Of a DNA stretch of 64,000 nucleotides, positions 53,294-62,040 are shown piece by piece. This DNA comes from Candidatus Moranbacteria bacterium RIFCSPHIGHO2_01_FULL_55_24. GTDB taxonomy: Bacteria; Patescibacteriota; Minisyncoccia; Moranbacterales; UBA1568. The stretch covers positions 8,469 through 72,468 of the forward strand of contig MFRW01000003.1 in assembly GCA_001786575.1 (NCBI GenBank), written 5' to 3'. The position numbers were made by a program, and so were the translations under genes. The notes under the pieces are model-generated. The model made no database searches. It worked only from the letters and a program-made list of their open reading frames with translations, and had not been told where the DNA came from. Numbering within the stretch: the stretch's first letter is position 1; every line of letters starts with the position of its first letter.

Positions 53294-53560
53294 TTAGCTT
53301 ATCTTGGTATAGAGCCGGAACATCTCATCGACGACCTTCTTGTCTCCCTTGAGCTCGCGCCCCAGGCAGTCTGCCATACGGTTCGTCACGATCGTCCGCC
53401 TGGCCGACCGTAGGAGGCCGATAACGGAATCGATCTGCTGTACCGTCGCCAGGCAATCGCTCCCCTTCTCTTCTGCCATCATGAGCACGGTCTCAAGCGT
53501 GCCGCGAGCCTTCTTGAGCGAACGAACTGCGGCTTCAGTCTTGTTTATTGTCATAGTCAT
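53294..53560 (-). CDS. CsoR/RcnR-family (DUF156) metalloregulator, CstR-like
   Basis: Two Cys residues 29 aa apart (SDC...ADC), with no His at the CsoR Cu-ligand position. Confidence 0.75.
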   Translation of the reverse strand: MTMTINKTEAAVRSLKKARGTLETVLMMAEEKGSDCLATVQQIDSVIGLLRSARRTIVTNRMADCLGRELKGDKKVVDEMFRLYTKIS

Positions 53561-53579
53561 GGTATTGCTTTATTTCATT

Positions 53580-53605
53580 AACCTATATCATAGGTTATAG
53601 GTATT
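53580..53605. promoter_or_regulatory. 7-3-7 palindrome plus a third half-site; candidate operator
   Basis: AACCTAT-atc-ATAGGTT-ATAGGTATT. It overlaps the predicted -10 of the csoR-like gene. A CTTGACA -35 on the minus strand at 53615-53621. Confidence 0.4.
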
Positions 53606-53699
53606 AAGAAAATCTGTCAAGAACTGCTCCCGGAAAGCGAAAGCCCAGACCTTTCGGGCCTGGGCGCTCTCCTGAAGAAATCTTATTCCTCTTCTTACT

Positions 53700-54689
53700 C
53701 TATTCCGCCGGAAGAAATCCGACCCTTTCCCTTACCTGCGTCATCTTGGCGCTGGCAAGCGCGCGCGCCTTCTCAACACCCTTACGGAGAATCTCCTCCA
53801 CCGCTTCATCAGAAATGCCCGCAAGCTTTTCTTGAAACGGGGTAAGGAATCCTACAACGACTTCCGAAAGCCCTTCTTTGAAGTCACCATAACCCTTACC
53901 CTGGTACATTTCCTCCACTTCCTGCGCCGTCTTGCCGGAGAGAAGCGTGTAGATGTTGATGAGATTTTTGAGCGCCGGCTTATCATCGCTGTAGACGATT
54001 TCCGATCCGCTGTCCGTCACCGCTTTCTTGATTTTCTTCCGTATCGTGTCCGCATCGTCCGTAAGAGAAATATAATTATATTCCGATGCGGCTGATTTCG
54101 ACATCTTCTTGCTCGGATCGTCGAGGCCCATGATCACCTGCCCTTCTTTGGACAGTTTGCCTTCCGGAATCACGAATGTTTCTCCGAAGCGGTCATTGAA
54201 GCGCTTCGCGAGCGTGCGCGTAAGCTCGATGTGCTGCATCTGGTCCTTCCCGACCGGCACCACCGCCGTGTCATAGAGAAGAATATCGGCAGCCATGAGA
54301 ACCGGGTAAGTGAAAAGTCCGGCCCCGGATTCAGACGCTCCGCCCTTCTGCGATTTGTCCTTATACTGCGTCATCCGTTCCAATTCCGCCATCCGCACAA
54401 GCGTTCCGAGAATCCATGCGAGTTCCGTGTGCTCTTTGACATGCGACTGGACGAAGAGTGTGCACTTCTCCGGGTCGATCCCAGCAGCCAGGTAAATCTT
54501 CGCGATTTCGAGGGTCTTCTGCCGAAGCGTTTCCGGGTCCTGGGGCGCGGTGATGGCATGGAGATCCGCCACGGAAAAAATCGCTTCGTACTGGTCCTGA
54601 AGCTCTCCCCACTGCCTGATGGCCCCGAGATAGTTCCCGATATGCAGGTTCCCCGACGGCTGGACTCCCGAAAAGATCCTCTGTTTCAT
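53700..54689 (-). CDS. trpS: Tryptophan--tRNA ligase
   Basis: HIGN (HIGH variant), KMSKS, and a class I Rossmann fold. Confidence 0.95.
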   Translation of the reverse strand: MKQRIFSGVQPSGNLHIGNYLGAIRQWGELQDQYEAIFSVADLHAITAPQDPETLRQKTLEIAKIYLAAGIDPEKCTLFVQSHVKEHTELAWILGTLVRMAELERMTQYKDKSQKGGASESGAGLFTYPVLMAADILLYDTAVVPVGKDQMQHIELTRTLAKRFNDRFGETFVIPEGKLSKEGQVIMGLDDPSKKMSKSAASEYNYISLTDDADTIRKKIKKAVTDSGSEIVYSDDKPALKNLINIYTLLSGKTAQEVEEMYQGKGYGDFKEGLSEVVVGFLTPFQEKLAGISDEAVEEILRKGVEKARALASAKMTQVRERVGFLPAE

Positions 54690-54747
54690 AACCTAGTAAA
54701 AAATCAACAACAAACAATAATACTACCCTATTCTATCACACCGCCGC

Positions 54748-54785
54748 TATACCCTATAAATGCGACCGCATTTATATGTTATTTT
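54748..54785. repeat. Direct repeat copy A, with an internal 9-4-9 palindrome
   Basis: tataccctataaatgcgaccgcatttatatgttatttt. It overlaps the stop codon of the 54779-55333 gene. Confidence 0.55.
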
Positions 54786-55333
54786 CCGAGAGAGAATATT
54801 TGCTTTAAATGCGCTTCATTATCGATATGACTCGCCTCCATAAAACGCACATATTTGCGAGCCCCATAAAACTCAACTAAGAAATCAAGCTCATTCCGAC
54901 AATCATACGGGTAGACGAAAACGCTATCCTGTAGCCGGTAGAATTCTAGGCGCTTGAGCCAGGAACGGAAGGCGTTACGAAGCTTTTTTCTTTTTTCCGG
55001 AATATCGAATATCACTATTCTCCATTTCTTATCCCACTTGGCTGACTTCTGTATCTCGAGAGTCTCGAGATCATAAAGAAGAGTCTTTTCTCGTCCTTTC
55101 TCTGTCAGTACCATTTTCCATACACCGTTCTTCTGAAGTCGCATATCTACCAGCCGCGACTCATAAAGGCTTTGGATGGAACGTTCGAGTTTCGACTTGG
55201 AAATATTCTTCCATTCTTTCCCCATGAGACCCGCTATGCGAAAATACTGTTTCGGCGACTGGGTGAATCCCAAAGCCACCCCTCCTAGGAGGACAAGTAG
55301 TATCTTTTTCTGTATCGGTCCCAATCCTTTCAT
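54779..55333 (-). CDS. Winged-helix protein with a Cas2/VapD-like (PaaX-C-like) C-terminal domain
   Basis: C-terminal WRIVIFDIPEKRKKLRNAFRSWLKRLEFYRLQDSVFVYPYD matches the Cas2 beta-alpha-beta pattern (hVhVhYDV..KRR.KV.K.L..YG.RVQ.SVFEC). An N-terminal wHTH-like segment. AT-rich codon usage. Confidence 0.45.
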   Translation of the reverse strand: MKGLGPIQKKILLVLLGGVALGFTQSPKQYFRIAGLMGKEWKNISKSKLERSIQSLYESRLVDMRLQKNGVWKMVLTEKGREKTLLYDLETLEIQKSAKWDKKWRIVIFDIPEKRKKLRNAFRSWLKRLEFYRLQDSVFVYPYDCRNELDFLVEFYGARKYVRFMEASHIDNEAHLKQIFSLGK

Positions 55334-55357
55334 AGAAAGTTCTAGTCATCCTTTAAA

Positions 55358-55401
55358 ATATACCATATAAATGCGACCGGATATAAAGGGTATGTTATTT
55401 T
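55358..55401. repeat. Direct repeat copy B, in the promoter region of the 54779-55333 gene
   Basis: tataccatataaatgcgaccggatataaagggtatgttatttt. Shares TATACCNTATAAATGCGACCG and ATGTTATTTT with copy A. Confidence 0.55.
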
Positions 55402-55434
55402 TTAAATACTGCAAATCAGGTAAGTTACGCCATT

Positions 55435-55466
55435 TAAAAAACAGCCTTTAGTAAGGCTGTTTTTTA
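55435..55466. terminator. Bidirectional intrinsic terminator after RNase J
   Basis: acagcctt-tagt-aaggctgt, flanked by A-runs and T-runs. Confidence 0.6.
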
Positions 55467-55473
55467 AATTTTC

Positions 55474-57522
55474 TTATACCTCGATGACCACAGGGAGAAT
55501 CATCGGCCGGCGTTCCGTCTTTTGGAAGAGGAACTGACCGATGCCTTCGCGGATCTGGTTTCGGAGCAGTTCCCAGTCGAGCGAGGTATCCTTGGACGTG
55601 TTGTCCTTGATGATCTTCTGGACTTTGCGCTTGACCTCATTCACGAGATCGAAGTTCTCCTTCACGTGGATGAATCCGCGCGAAGTGATCTGAACGCTCC
55701 CGATGATGTCTTTCTTCTTCGAGTCGATGACAGCCGTAACGACTACCATGCCGTCAGCCGCCAATACCTGGCGATCACGCAGAACGACGTGGCCGATATC
55801 ACCGACTCCGAGCCCGTCGATGAAGACGTAGCTGGTGTCTGCCTTCTCCTTGATGAGATGCGGGAAGGTATTTTCAGCCTTCGGGACCTCGAGCACGTGG
55901 CCGTTATCCATGATGAAGACATTCTTTGACGGGTAGCCCATACGCTCGGCAATCTTGCCGGCTTCCCTGATGAAGTAGTGGTTGGCGTAGACCGGGAGCA
56001 CATAGGTCGCTTTGGCCTGGCGGATGACTTCTTCGATCTCCCAGATGGTGCCGTGGCCGCCGACGTGGATCTCCATCATGTCTGAATGGATGACGTTATC
56101 GCACTTGCGGTACAAGTTGTCCTTCAGGCGCTGGATAGTCCGCTCGTTCCCGGGGATGACCGAGGAAGAGAAGACGATGGTGTCGTTCTTCTGGAGCTTG
56201 ATGAAGCGATGATTATCGGTAACGATGCGCGAAAGAGCGGCATTCTGCTCGCCCTGGGCACCAGTACAGATGACCACGATCTGATTGTCCGGATACTTAT
56301 GGATGTCGTTTACGGTAATGAGGGTCTCTTTCTTGGTTTTGAGGTAACCCAATTCCTTGGCTACTTCGATATTCATCTTCATGCTGTAGCCTTCCAAAGC
56401 CACGCGCTTGCCCATACGTTCGGCATATTCGATCAGGTAGGCGATACGGCGCACCTGGGATGCGAAAGTTCCGATGATGACACGGCCAGGGGCTTCACGA
56501 ATGAGGTTCTGGAGGTTGGTGTGCACTTCGGTTTCCGAAGGCGGAAGTCCCTTCTTCAGAGCGCCAAGAGATTCGAGCATCAGGAAGGTCGGCTTCGGAA
56601 GGGCTTCGAGGTGGGTATAGGAGACATCGCTCTCGACCGGATTGATCGGCTCATGGCTGATCATCCAGTCTCCGAGATGGATAATAGAACCGCTCGGTGT
56701 TACGAGGGCGATACCCATAGCGTCCATGATCGAGTGCTCGACATCGAAGAAGCGCACTTCGAAGACACCGAGCTTGATGCGGTCCTGGAGCGACTTCACG
56801 CGAATCATTTTGAGGCTCTTGCCAGCCCCCTTCTGCTCGTCTTCCACTTTGCGCTGGAGGAGCGCCAGAGTGAAATCACGGCCGATGATGGTCGGGTATT
56901 TGAGCTGCTTCAAGAGGATCGGTGCCGCCCCGATATGATCGAGGTGGCCGTGTGTGAAGATCACGCCGCGGATATTCTTCTCCTTGCCCTTGAGGTAGCT
57001 CACGTTCGGGACGATATAATCGATACCCGGCATGTCTTCCTCTGGGAACTGGAGTCCCATGTCGATGATGACGATATCATTGCCATACTCGAACACGGTC
57101 ATGTTGCGGCCGACTTCTTCCTGGCCGCCCAGAGGGATGATACGGAGCGTATCAGCCGGGATCGGCGGGACGACATCCGTCTTCTTCGGTGGCTCGAGGT
57201 GAGCGCGGACGTTCTGGAAACGGCTATCGCGGCGACCGCCACGCTTACCGCCTTTGCCCGGGCCTCTGCCCTGGGACGGTGCCGGCTTTCCCTTCTTCGC
57301 ATGCGGAGAAGGAACGCCTGCTTTCTTGACGTCTTTTGCTTGCTCGCGCTTCACGCCAGCTGCATGCCGGCGATCGCTCGCTACACGCGTTGACTGTTCA
57401 CGGGCGACGATGCCTTCGAAGGCACCGACAGTAGGAGCGGGCTGACTCACGCTTGCGGGCTTTTTTCCGCCCTGAAAACGCTTGTCATCTCCACGCGCCT
57501 GAAATACATTTTTTTGCTGCAT
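55474..57522 (-). CDS. rnj: Ribonuclease J with a roughly 125-aa basic, disordered N-terminal extension
   Basis: MBL motif VIFTHGHLDHIGA, a beta-CASP domain, and a C-terminal domain. The N-terminus is K/R/G/P-rich. Confidence 0.9.
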   Translation of the reverse strand: MQQKNVFQARGDDKRFQGGKKPASVSQPAPTVGAFEGIVAREQSTRVASDRRHAAGVKREQAKDVKKAGVPSPHAKKGKPAPSQGRGPGKGGKRGGRRDSRFQNVRAHLEPPKKTDVVPPIPADTLRIIPLGGQEEVGRNMTVFEYGNDIVIIDMGLQFPEEDMPGIDYIVPNVSYLKGKEKNIRGVIFTHGHLDHIGAAPILLKQLKYPTIIGRDFTLALLQRKVEDEQKGAGKSLKMIRVKSLQDRIKLGVFEVRFFDVEHSIMDAMGIALVTPSGSIIHLGDWMISHEPINPVESDVSYTHLEALPKPTFLMLESLGALKKGLPPSETEVHTNLQNLIREAPGRVIIGTFASQVRRIAYLIEYAERMGKRVALEGYSMKMNIEVAKELGYLKTKKETLITVNDIHKYPDNQIVVICTGAQGEQNAALSRIVTDNHRFIKLQKNDTIVFSSSVIPGNERTIQRLKDNLYRKCDNVIHSDMMEIHVGGHGTIWEIEEVIRQAKATYVLPVYANHYFIREAGKIAERMGYPSKNVFIMDNGHVLEVPKAENTFPHLIKEKADTSYVFIDGLGVGDIGHVVLRDRQVLAADGMVVVTAVIDSKKKDIIGSVQITSRGFIHVKENFDLVNEVKRKVQKIIKDNTSKDTSLDWELLRNQIREGIGQFLFQKTERRPMILPVVIEV

Positions 57523-57676
57523 AACTTTTCTGACCGAAACGAACGTTCTTTCTATTTACATTGAAAAGCTCGCCGGTCGTTTTCTAAAAGATTACTGATA
57601 ATTATACGAAAGGGCATACGAATGCGTATGCGGAGCGCTTTCCTCTCGACGAAGGAGGCGCTAGATTACTTTCTTG

Positions 57677-57760
57677 TGCCGAAGGAGGGACTCGAACCCT
57701 CATGCTCTTGCGAGCGCTGGCACCTGAAGCCAGTGTGTCTACCAATTCCACCACCTCGGC
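57677..57760 (-). tRNA. tRNA-Leu (CAG), type II long variable arm
   Basis: Anticodon loop TTCAGGT. Acceptor gccgagg/cttcggc. A 15-nt variable arm. Confidence 0.85.
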
Positions 57761-57807
57761 ATGAGGCGAAGAGAGAGAAGACTCTCTCTTTTTTCAATTT
57801 TCTGCTT

Positions 57808-58833
57808 CTATGACGTCAGAAGCTTTTTGAGCTTTTCTACTATATGGACCGGGGTCGGATCTTGTCCGTAGGCCAGGGCCAGATAGTAGGAAGTGAAGTC
57901 GCCTAGAGCAATGCTCATGAATACTCTATTAAACACGTTCTTGCCCTTCATGTCAAGTACCTCTACTTCTACGCCCTTCTCGCGGAGCAGTTCGGCCGTG
58001 ATATCGAAGCGCTTCTGATTGCGCGGATGGTCATCCGTATCCCGAAGCATAATGACGAAGAATTTGGCTTGTGGAAGGGAAAATCCGACCATTTCATTGT
58101 GGTTCAATTCCGGGAAATAATTCCAGAATGCCGGCGTTTTGGCGTTCTCGTTCAACTTTATCTTCCAGACCATAGCGACCGAACGCAGACGATCGCCCGC
58201 ATAGATCACGGGGGTTTTGCCGCGAAGCTTCTCGGAAAGCGCTTTCCCCTCCTCTTCGAGCGAAGCGAGATTCTCCTTGACCTCCCGGGCTCCCGCCAGC
58301 ACTTCTTCGCGGACGTCCGGAATCATCTCTTGATTCATGAGCACCTGGAGGAGCGCTCCGATAAAGAAACCCGTTCCCATACGCGGCTGGAATCCAGGGC
58401 TTGGCAGAGGGAGCTTGATATGCGGCACCCCCCGCTCCGCGCAAAGCGTTTCGAGCTTTCCTCCGGCTGACATGCCGATGCAGGGCAGCTCACGGCGGAG
58501 CGCTTCTTCGAAGGATTCGAGTGTCTCTTCGGTATTGCCGGAATAGGAACAGAAAAAGTAGAGAGTGTTCTTTTCGGGGATATCGGAAGCGAGACTATAG
58601 AAGCGGTTCTGGAATACCCGGATCGTTTGGGAGGAGTGGCGCGTTGCGATATCGCGGAGATATGCGGCCAGGAGATCGCTCGGAAGGGCCGAGCCGCCCA
58701 TCCCGGAAATGACGATGGAATCGAAGCTCCCGGGAACGCGAACGTCCTTTGCCAGATCGAATCCCGTCTGGAACTGGTCCGGGCTTTCCAGGATCATTCC
58801 GCGGAAATTCGAGGTATCGAGCTCATGCTGCAT
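57808..58833 (-). CDS. Bifunctional phosphoglucose/phosphomannose isomerase, SIS domain
   Basis: ISGMGGS and CSYSGNTEE patterns, typical of archaeal-type PGI/PMI. Confidence 0.8.
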   Translation of the reverse strand: MQHELDTSNFRGMILESPDQFQTGFDLAKDVRVPGSFDSIVISGMGGSALPSDLLAAYLRDIATRHSSQTIRVFQNRFYSLASDIPEKNTLYFFCSYSGNTEETLESFEEALRRELPCIGMSAGGKLETLCAERGVPHIKLPLPSPGFQPRMGTGFFIGALLQVLMNQEMIPDVREEVLAGAREVKENLASLEEEGKALSEKLRGKTPVIYAGDRLRSVAMVWKIKLNENAKTPAFWNYFPELNHNEMVGFSLPQAKFFVIMLRDTDDHPRNQKRFDITAELLREKGVEVEVLDMKGKNVFNRVFMSIALGDFTSYYLALAYGQDPTPVHIVEKLKKLLTS

Positions 58834-58842
58834 AAGAAATTT

Positions 58843-60489
58843 TTATTTTTTGAAGACGCGATCCGTCTTGATGTACCAGTCCTTCATCATGGAGAGGCGA
58901 TTCGACGGACTGTCGATCCGCGTCACCCCGATCCCTTTCACGCTATCATTCACCACGTAGAGGTAGGTCGGGCTGTAGAGGAAAGCGGCCGGGTTTTCCT
59001 TGATGAGGATTTCCTGGAACTTGCGGTAGGCATCGCGGCGTTTGTTCTCGTCCAATTCTTCCCGCAGCCCCTGGAGGGTATCGTCGGCTCCTGTCTCATC
59101 GAAAAGCGAGAGATTGAGTCCCGGGTCAGCTTTCTGGCTGGAATGCCAGAAGGAGTATGGGTCGCTCTCGAGCATAGCTGCCTGCCCGAAGAGGAGCGCT
59201 TGGTATTCGCGCGGGCGGATGACATTCTTCTGGAGGTCGGCTGCGCTCATCTCGGAGATGTTGATACGGGCTCCGACGGCTTCCCATTGAGACTTCAGGA
59301 GATTGGCGGTCTGGACGAGCTCGGGCCAGGCCGGCGTTACGATCTCGATCTCAAGCGGCGTACCGTCCTTGGAACGGACGCCGTCAGTACCCTTCTTCCA
59401 GCCCTTCTCATCCAGGATGCTGTTCGCACGGGTAACATCGAAGCGCGGGAACTGGAGATCCGAAGCGTAGCCGTTCATGAACGGCATGAGCGCCGAGACG
59501 GCCGTTTCGCCCTCGCCCAAGAGCACGTCCTGGACGATTCTGTCACGGTCGGTCGCGAAGGTGAGAGCTTCGCGCACTTCGTCATACGCGAGCGCCTTGC
59601 TCTTCGTCTGATTGAAAAATACCGAGAAGATGCGCGGGATGTCTATCTTGTAGATATGCGAACTTTTGCGCTCCTCGACGGATGCGATGTGGCGCGGCAG
59701 GATGCTGTGGATGCCGAGGATCTCTTTGGTATTGTAGGCGGCAAGAAGCGACTCGTCATCCGGATAGAAATGGAAGACGACTTTGGAGATATAGGGCTCG
59801 CCTTCGAAGTAGTCCTTATAAGCGCGCATCTCGAGCGAGAGAATGTTGCCGCTCGAATCCTTCTCCGAATCATAGAAGCGGTACGGTCCCGAGCCGATCG
59901 GCGCCAGGTTGTAGTCGGCGAGCAGGAATTTGTCCGGAGAAATATTCTCCCAGATATGCTTCGGAAGTATCCCGACCGTCAGGTTCTCGAGGAATCCGAA
60001 GTAGGCTTTCTTCAGGGTGAACTGGATGGTATAGCGGTCCACCACGTTCGTTTCTACGGCCAGCCAGTTCGCGCGGAGCGGACTCTTGTAGGCAGGATCC
60101 TGGATCGCCTGGATCGTATAGTGCACGTCGTCGGCCGTCACTTCCTCGCCATCATGCCACTTGGCCCCGTGTTTCAGAGTGATCGTATAGACCCGGCCCT
60201 CATCGGAGACTTCGTAGTTGTCGGCAAGGCGCTTCACGACCTTGCCTTCCTGGTCGACCGCGAAGAGTCCGGCGTACATGAGCTGGACCAAGTCCGCATC
60301 AGCGTCGCTGGTCTGGGAGAGGATCGGATTGATATAGCGCGGCTGGGCTGCGATGCCCTCGGTGTACTCGCCGCCATGCTCCGGCACCTCCGTGGTCGAC
60401 GCCACGTAGAGCGCCCCGAACCAGAAGACGAGCGCTACCGCCGCCACAGAAAGCACGATGGTCGCCAGAACACGGTCCCGGTATGACAA
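58843..60489 (-). CDS. ABC transporter substrate-binding protein, family 5 (peptide/nickel type)
   Basis: N-terminal TM/signal anchor and an SBP_bac_5-like sequence. 548 aa. Confidence 0.75.
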   Translation of the reverse strand: MSYRDRVLATIVLSVAAVALVFWFGALYVASTTEVPEHGGEYTEGIAAQPRYINPILSQTSDADADLVQLMYAGLFAVDQEGKVVKRLADNYEVSDEGRVYTITLKHGAKWHDGEEVTADDVHYTIQAIQDPAYKSPLRANWLAVETNVVDRYTIQFTLKKAYFGFLENLTVGILPKHIWENISPDKFLLADYNLAPIGSGPYRFYDSEKDSSGNILSLEMRAYKDYFEGEPYISKVVFHFYPDDESLLAAYNTKEILGIHSILPRHIASVEERKSSHIYKIDIPRIFSVFFNQTKSKALAYDEVREALTFATDRDRIVQDVLLGEGETAVSALMPFMNGYASDLQFPRFDVTRANSILDEKGWKKGTDGVRSKDGTPLEIEIVTPAWPELVQTANLLKSQWEAVGARINISEMSAADLQKNVIRPREYQALLFGQAAMLESDPYSFWHSSQKADPGLNLSLFDETGADDTLQGLREELDENKRRDAYRKFQEILIKENPAAFLYSPTYLYVVNDSVKGIGVTRIDSPSNRLSMMKDWYIKTDRVFKK

Positions 60490-60589
60490 GGCGAAAAAGA
60501 CCCGGGTCCATTTGCGCGTAGAAAGACTATGAAAAGGAGAAAATCTGATACGCTTGATTTAGAGATTAGGAAGCCTGCGGCGAGACTCT

Positions 60590-60811
60590 TCAGGAGAGGC
60601 CCATCCGGACATTGACCGCCGAGATGACGATGAACGCCATCCCGAGGCCGACCGCTGCGAAGAGCAGGAATTTCTCGATACCGCGCTTCGTGTAGTAGCC
60701 GCCAAAGTCGCCTCCGAAGGCGCTTCCAAGGCCTGACCCACGATTCTGCAGAAGAATAGAGACCATGAGAAGGATAGCGATTACCGCTTGCAGGATCAGG
60801 AGAAAACGCAT
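60590..60811 (-). CDS. secG: Preprotein translocase subunit SecG
   Basis: MRFLLILQAVIAILLMVSILLQNRGSGLGSAFGG pattern. 73 aa. Confidence 0.8.
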   Translation of the reverse strand: MRFLLILQAVIAILLMVSILLQNRGSGLGSAFGGDFGGYYTKRGIEKFLLFAAVGLGMAFIVISAVNVRMGLS

Positions 60812-60918
60812 ATCTGAAATAAAAAAAGGCCTTTTATAGCGAATTTAAGCCCTTTTATTGTAGCAAAAAAGCGAGGGCACGTCAAAGCACAATTTTAATT
60901 ATATCACAAAAACTCACT

Positions 60919-62037
60919 TTAGTCAATAAAGCTTGTTTCGAGGGACATACGCAGGTCTTCCGCTCCCTTCTTCCGCTTATAGACGCTCTGGAGCAGGCCG
61001 AGACTGACGAAGAGAGAAAGGAGCGAGCTTCCCCCGTATGAGAGGAGCGGTGCCGGGATGCCGGTCACCGGGAGCAGACCGACATTCATGCCGATATTGA
61101 TAGCCACCTGCACGAAGAGCATGATGAATATCCCGACCGCCACCAGATAACCGAAATTATCGCTTGCCAGTTCGCCGATACGCTTGACGCGGTACATGAG
61201 TACCCCGTAGAGGCCGAGGAGAAGCAGCGCCCCGACGAGCCCCAGCTCCTCGGTCACGACCGCGAAGATGAAGTCTGTGTGCTTTTCGGGGAGGAAGTTC
61301 AGCTGCGACTGCGATCCGTGCCCGATCCCCTTCCCGGTCACCCCGCCGCTTCCGACGGCGACAATCGCCTGGATCACGTTGTAGCCGCTCCCCTGCGGAT
61401 CCGATTCCGGATCGATAAAGGTATGGATGCGCGCTTTCTGATAATCATCCAAGACGAACCAGCTTCCCCCGATAAGAGAAAACGTGAGCAGGCCCAGCAC
61501 CAAGAGCTGACGGAAACGGAGCCCGGAAGCGAGGATCATCCCGCCCCAGATCGACATGAGGACGAGGCTCGAGCCGAGGTCCGGCTGTTCCAGAACCAGG
61601 AAGATAAGCGCGGCCGACAGGACTAGTGACGCGATGACCCGGGTCCATTCTCCGAGCTCGCTTTTCTTCTGGGAAATGAAGCTCGCGAGGAAGAGAATGA
61701 GCGAGACCTTCGCAAGCTCGACCGGCTGGATCTGGAAGATACCGAGCGAGAGCCAGCCCGCCGTCCCGCGCACCGTGACTCCGAAGAGAAGCACGAGAAG
61801 CAGTGCCCCAAGCGTCACAAAGTAGATCGCCGTGCTGTATTTCGCCACATGCCGATAGTCGAGGGTCGCCATAAAGAACATCACCCCGATTCCCAGGACC
61901 ATGTATATCGCTTGGCGGAAGAAATAATCCGCTCCGCCGTTCGAAGAGAGGCTATAGAGGGTGAGCAGGCTGATACCGGCGATGAAAAGAGCCGTCAGGA
62001 GAAGCGTCCAGTCCAGCTTGCGGAAGAAAGACATCAT
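60919..62037 (-). CDS. SEDS-family peptidoglycan glycosyltransferase RodA/FtsW
   Basis: About 10 TM helices. FtsW/RodA consensus stretches (PAPLLSYGGSS, GSQSQLNFLPEKHTDFIFA). Confidence 0.85.
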   Translation of the reverse strand: MMSFFRKLDWTLLLTALFIAGISLLTLYSLSSNGGADYFFRQAIYMVLGIGVMFFMATLDYRHVAKYSTAIYFVTLGALLLVLLFGVTVRGTAGWLSLGIFQIQPVELAKVSLILFLASFISQKKSELGEWTRVIASLVLSAALIFLVLEQPDLGSSLVLMSIWGGMILASGLRFRQLLVLGLLTFSLIGGSWFVLDDYQKARIHTFIDPESDPQGSGYNVIQAIVAVGSGGVTGKGIGHGSQSQLNFLPEKHTDFIFAVVTEELGLVGALLLLGLYGVLMYRVKRIGELASDNFGYLVAVGIFIMLFVQVAINIGMNVGLLPVTGIPAPLLSYGGSSLLSLFVSLGLLQSVYKRKKGAEDLRMSLETSFID

Positions 62038-62040
62038 AGG

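Noticed and set aside
56086-57393. 435-aa plus-strand ORF inside rnj
   Set aside because: The RNase J MBL and beta-CASP motifs are on the minus strand.
57769-57800. Hairpin agagagag-actc-tctctct followed by tttttt between tRNA-Leu and the PGI/PMI gene
   Set aside because: Its plus-strand orientation has no upstream plus-strand gene to terminate. On the minus strand the T-run precedes the hairpin rather than following it. It may be a decoy or a tRNA-Leu promoter-proximal structure, and it was not called as a terminator.
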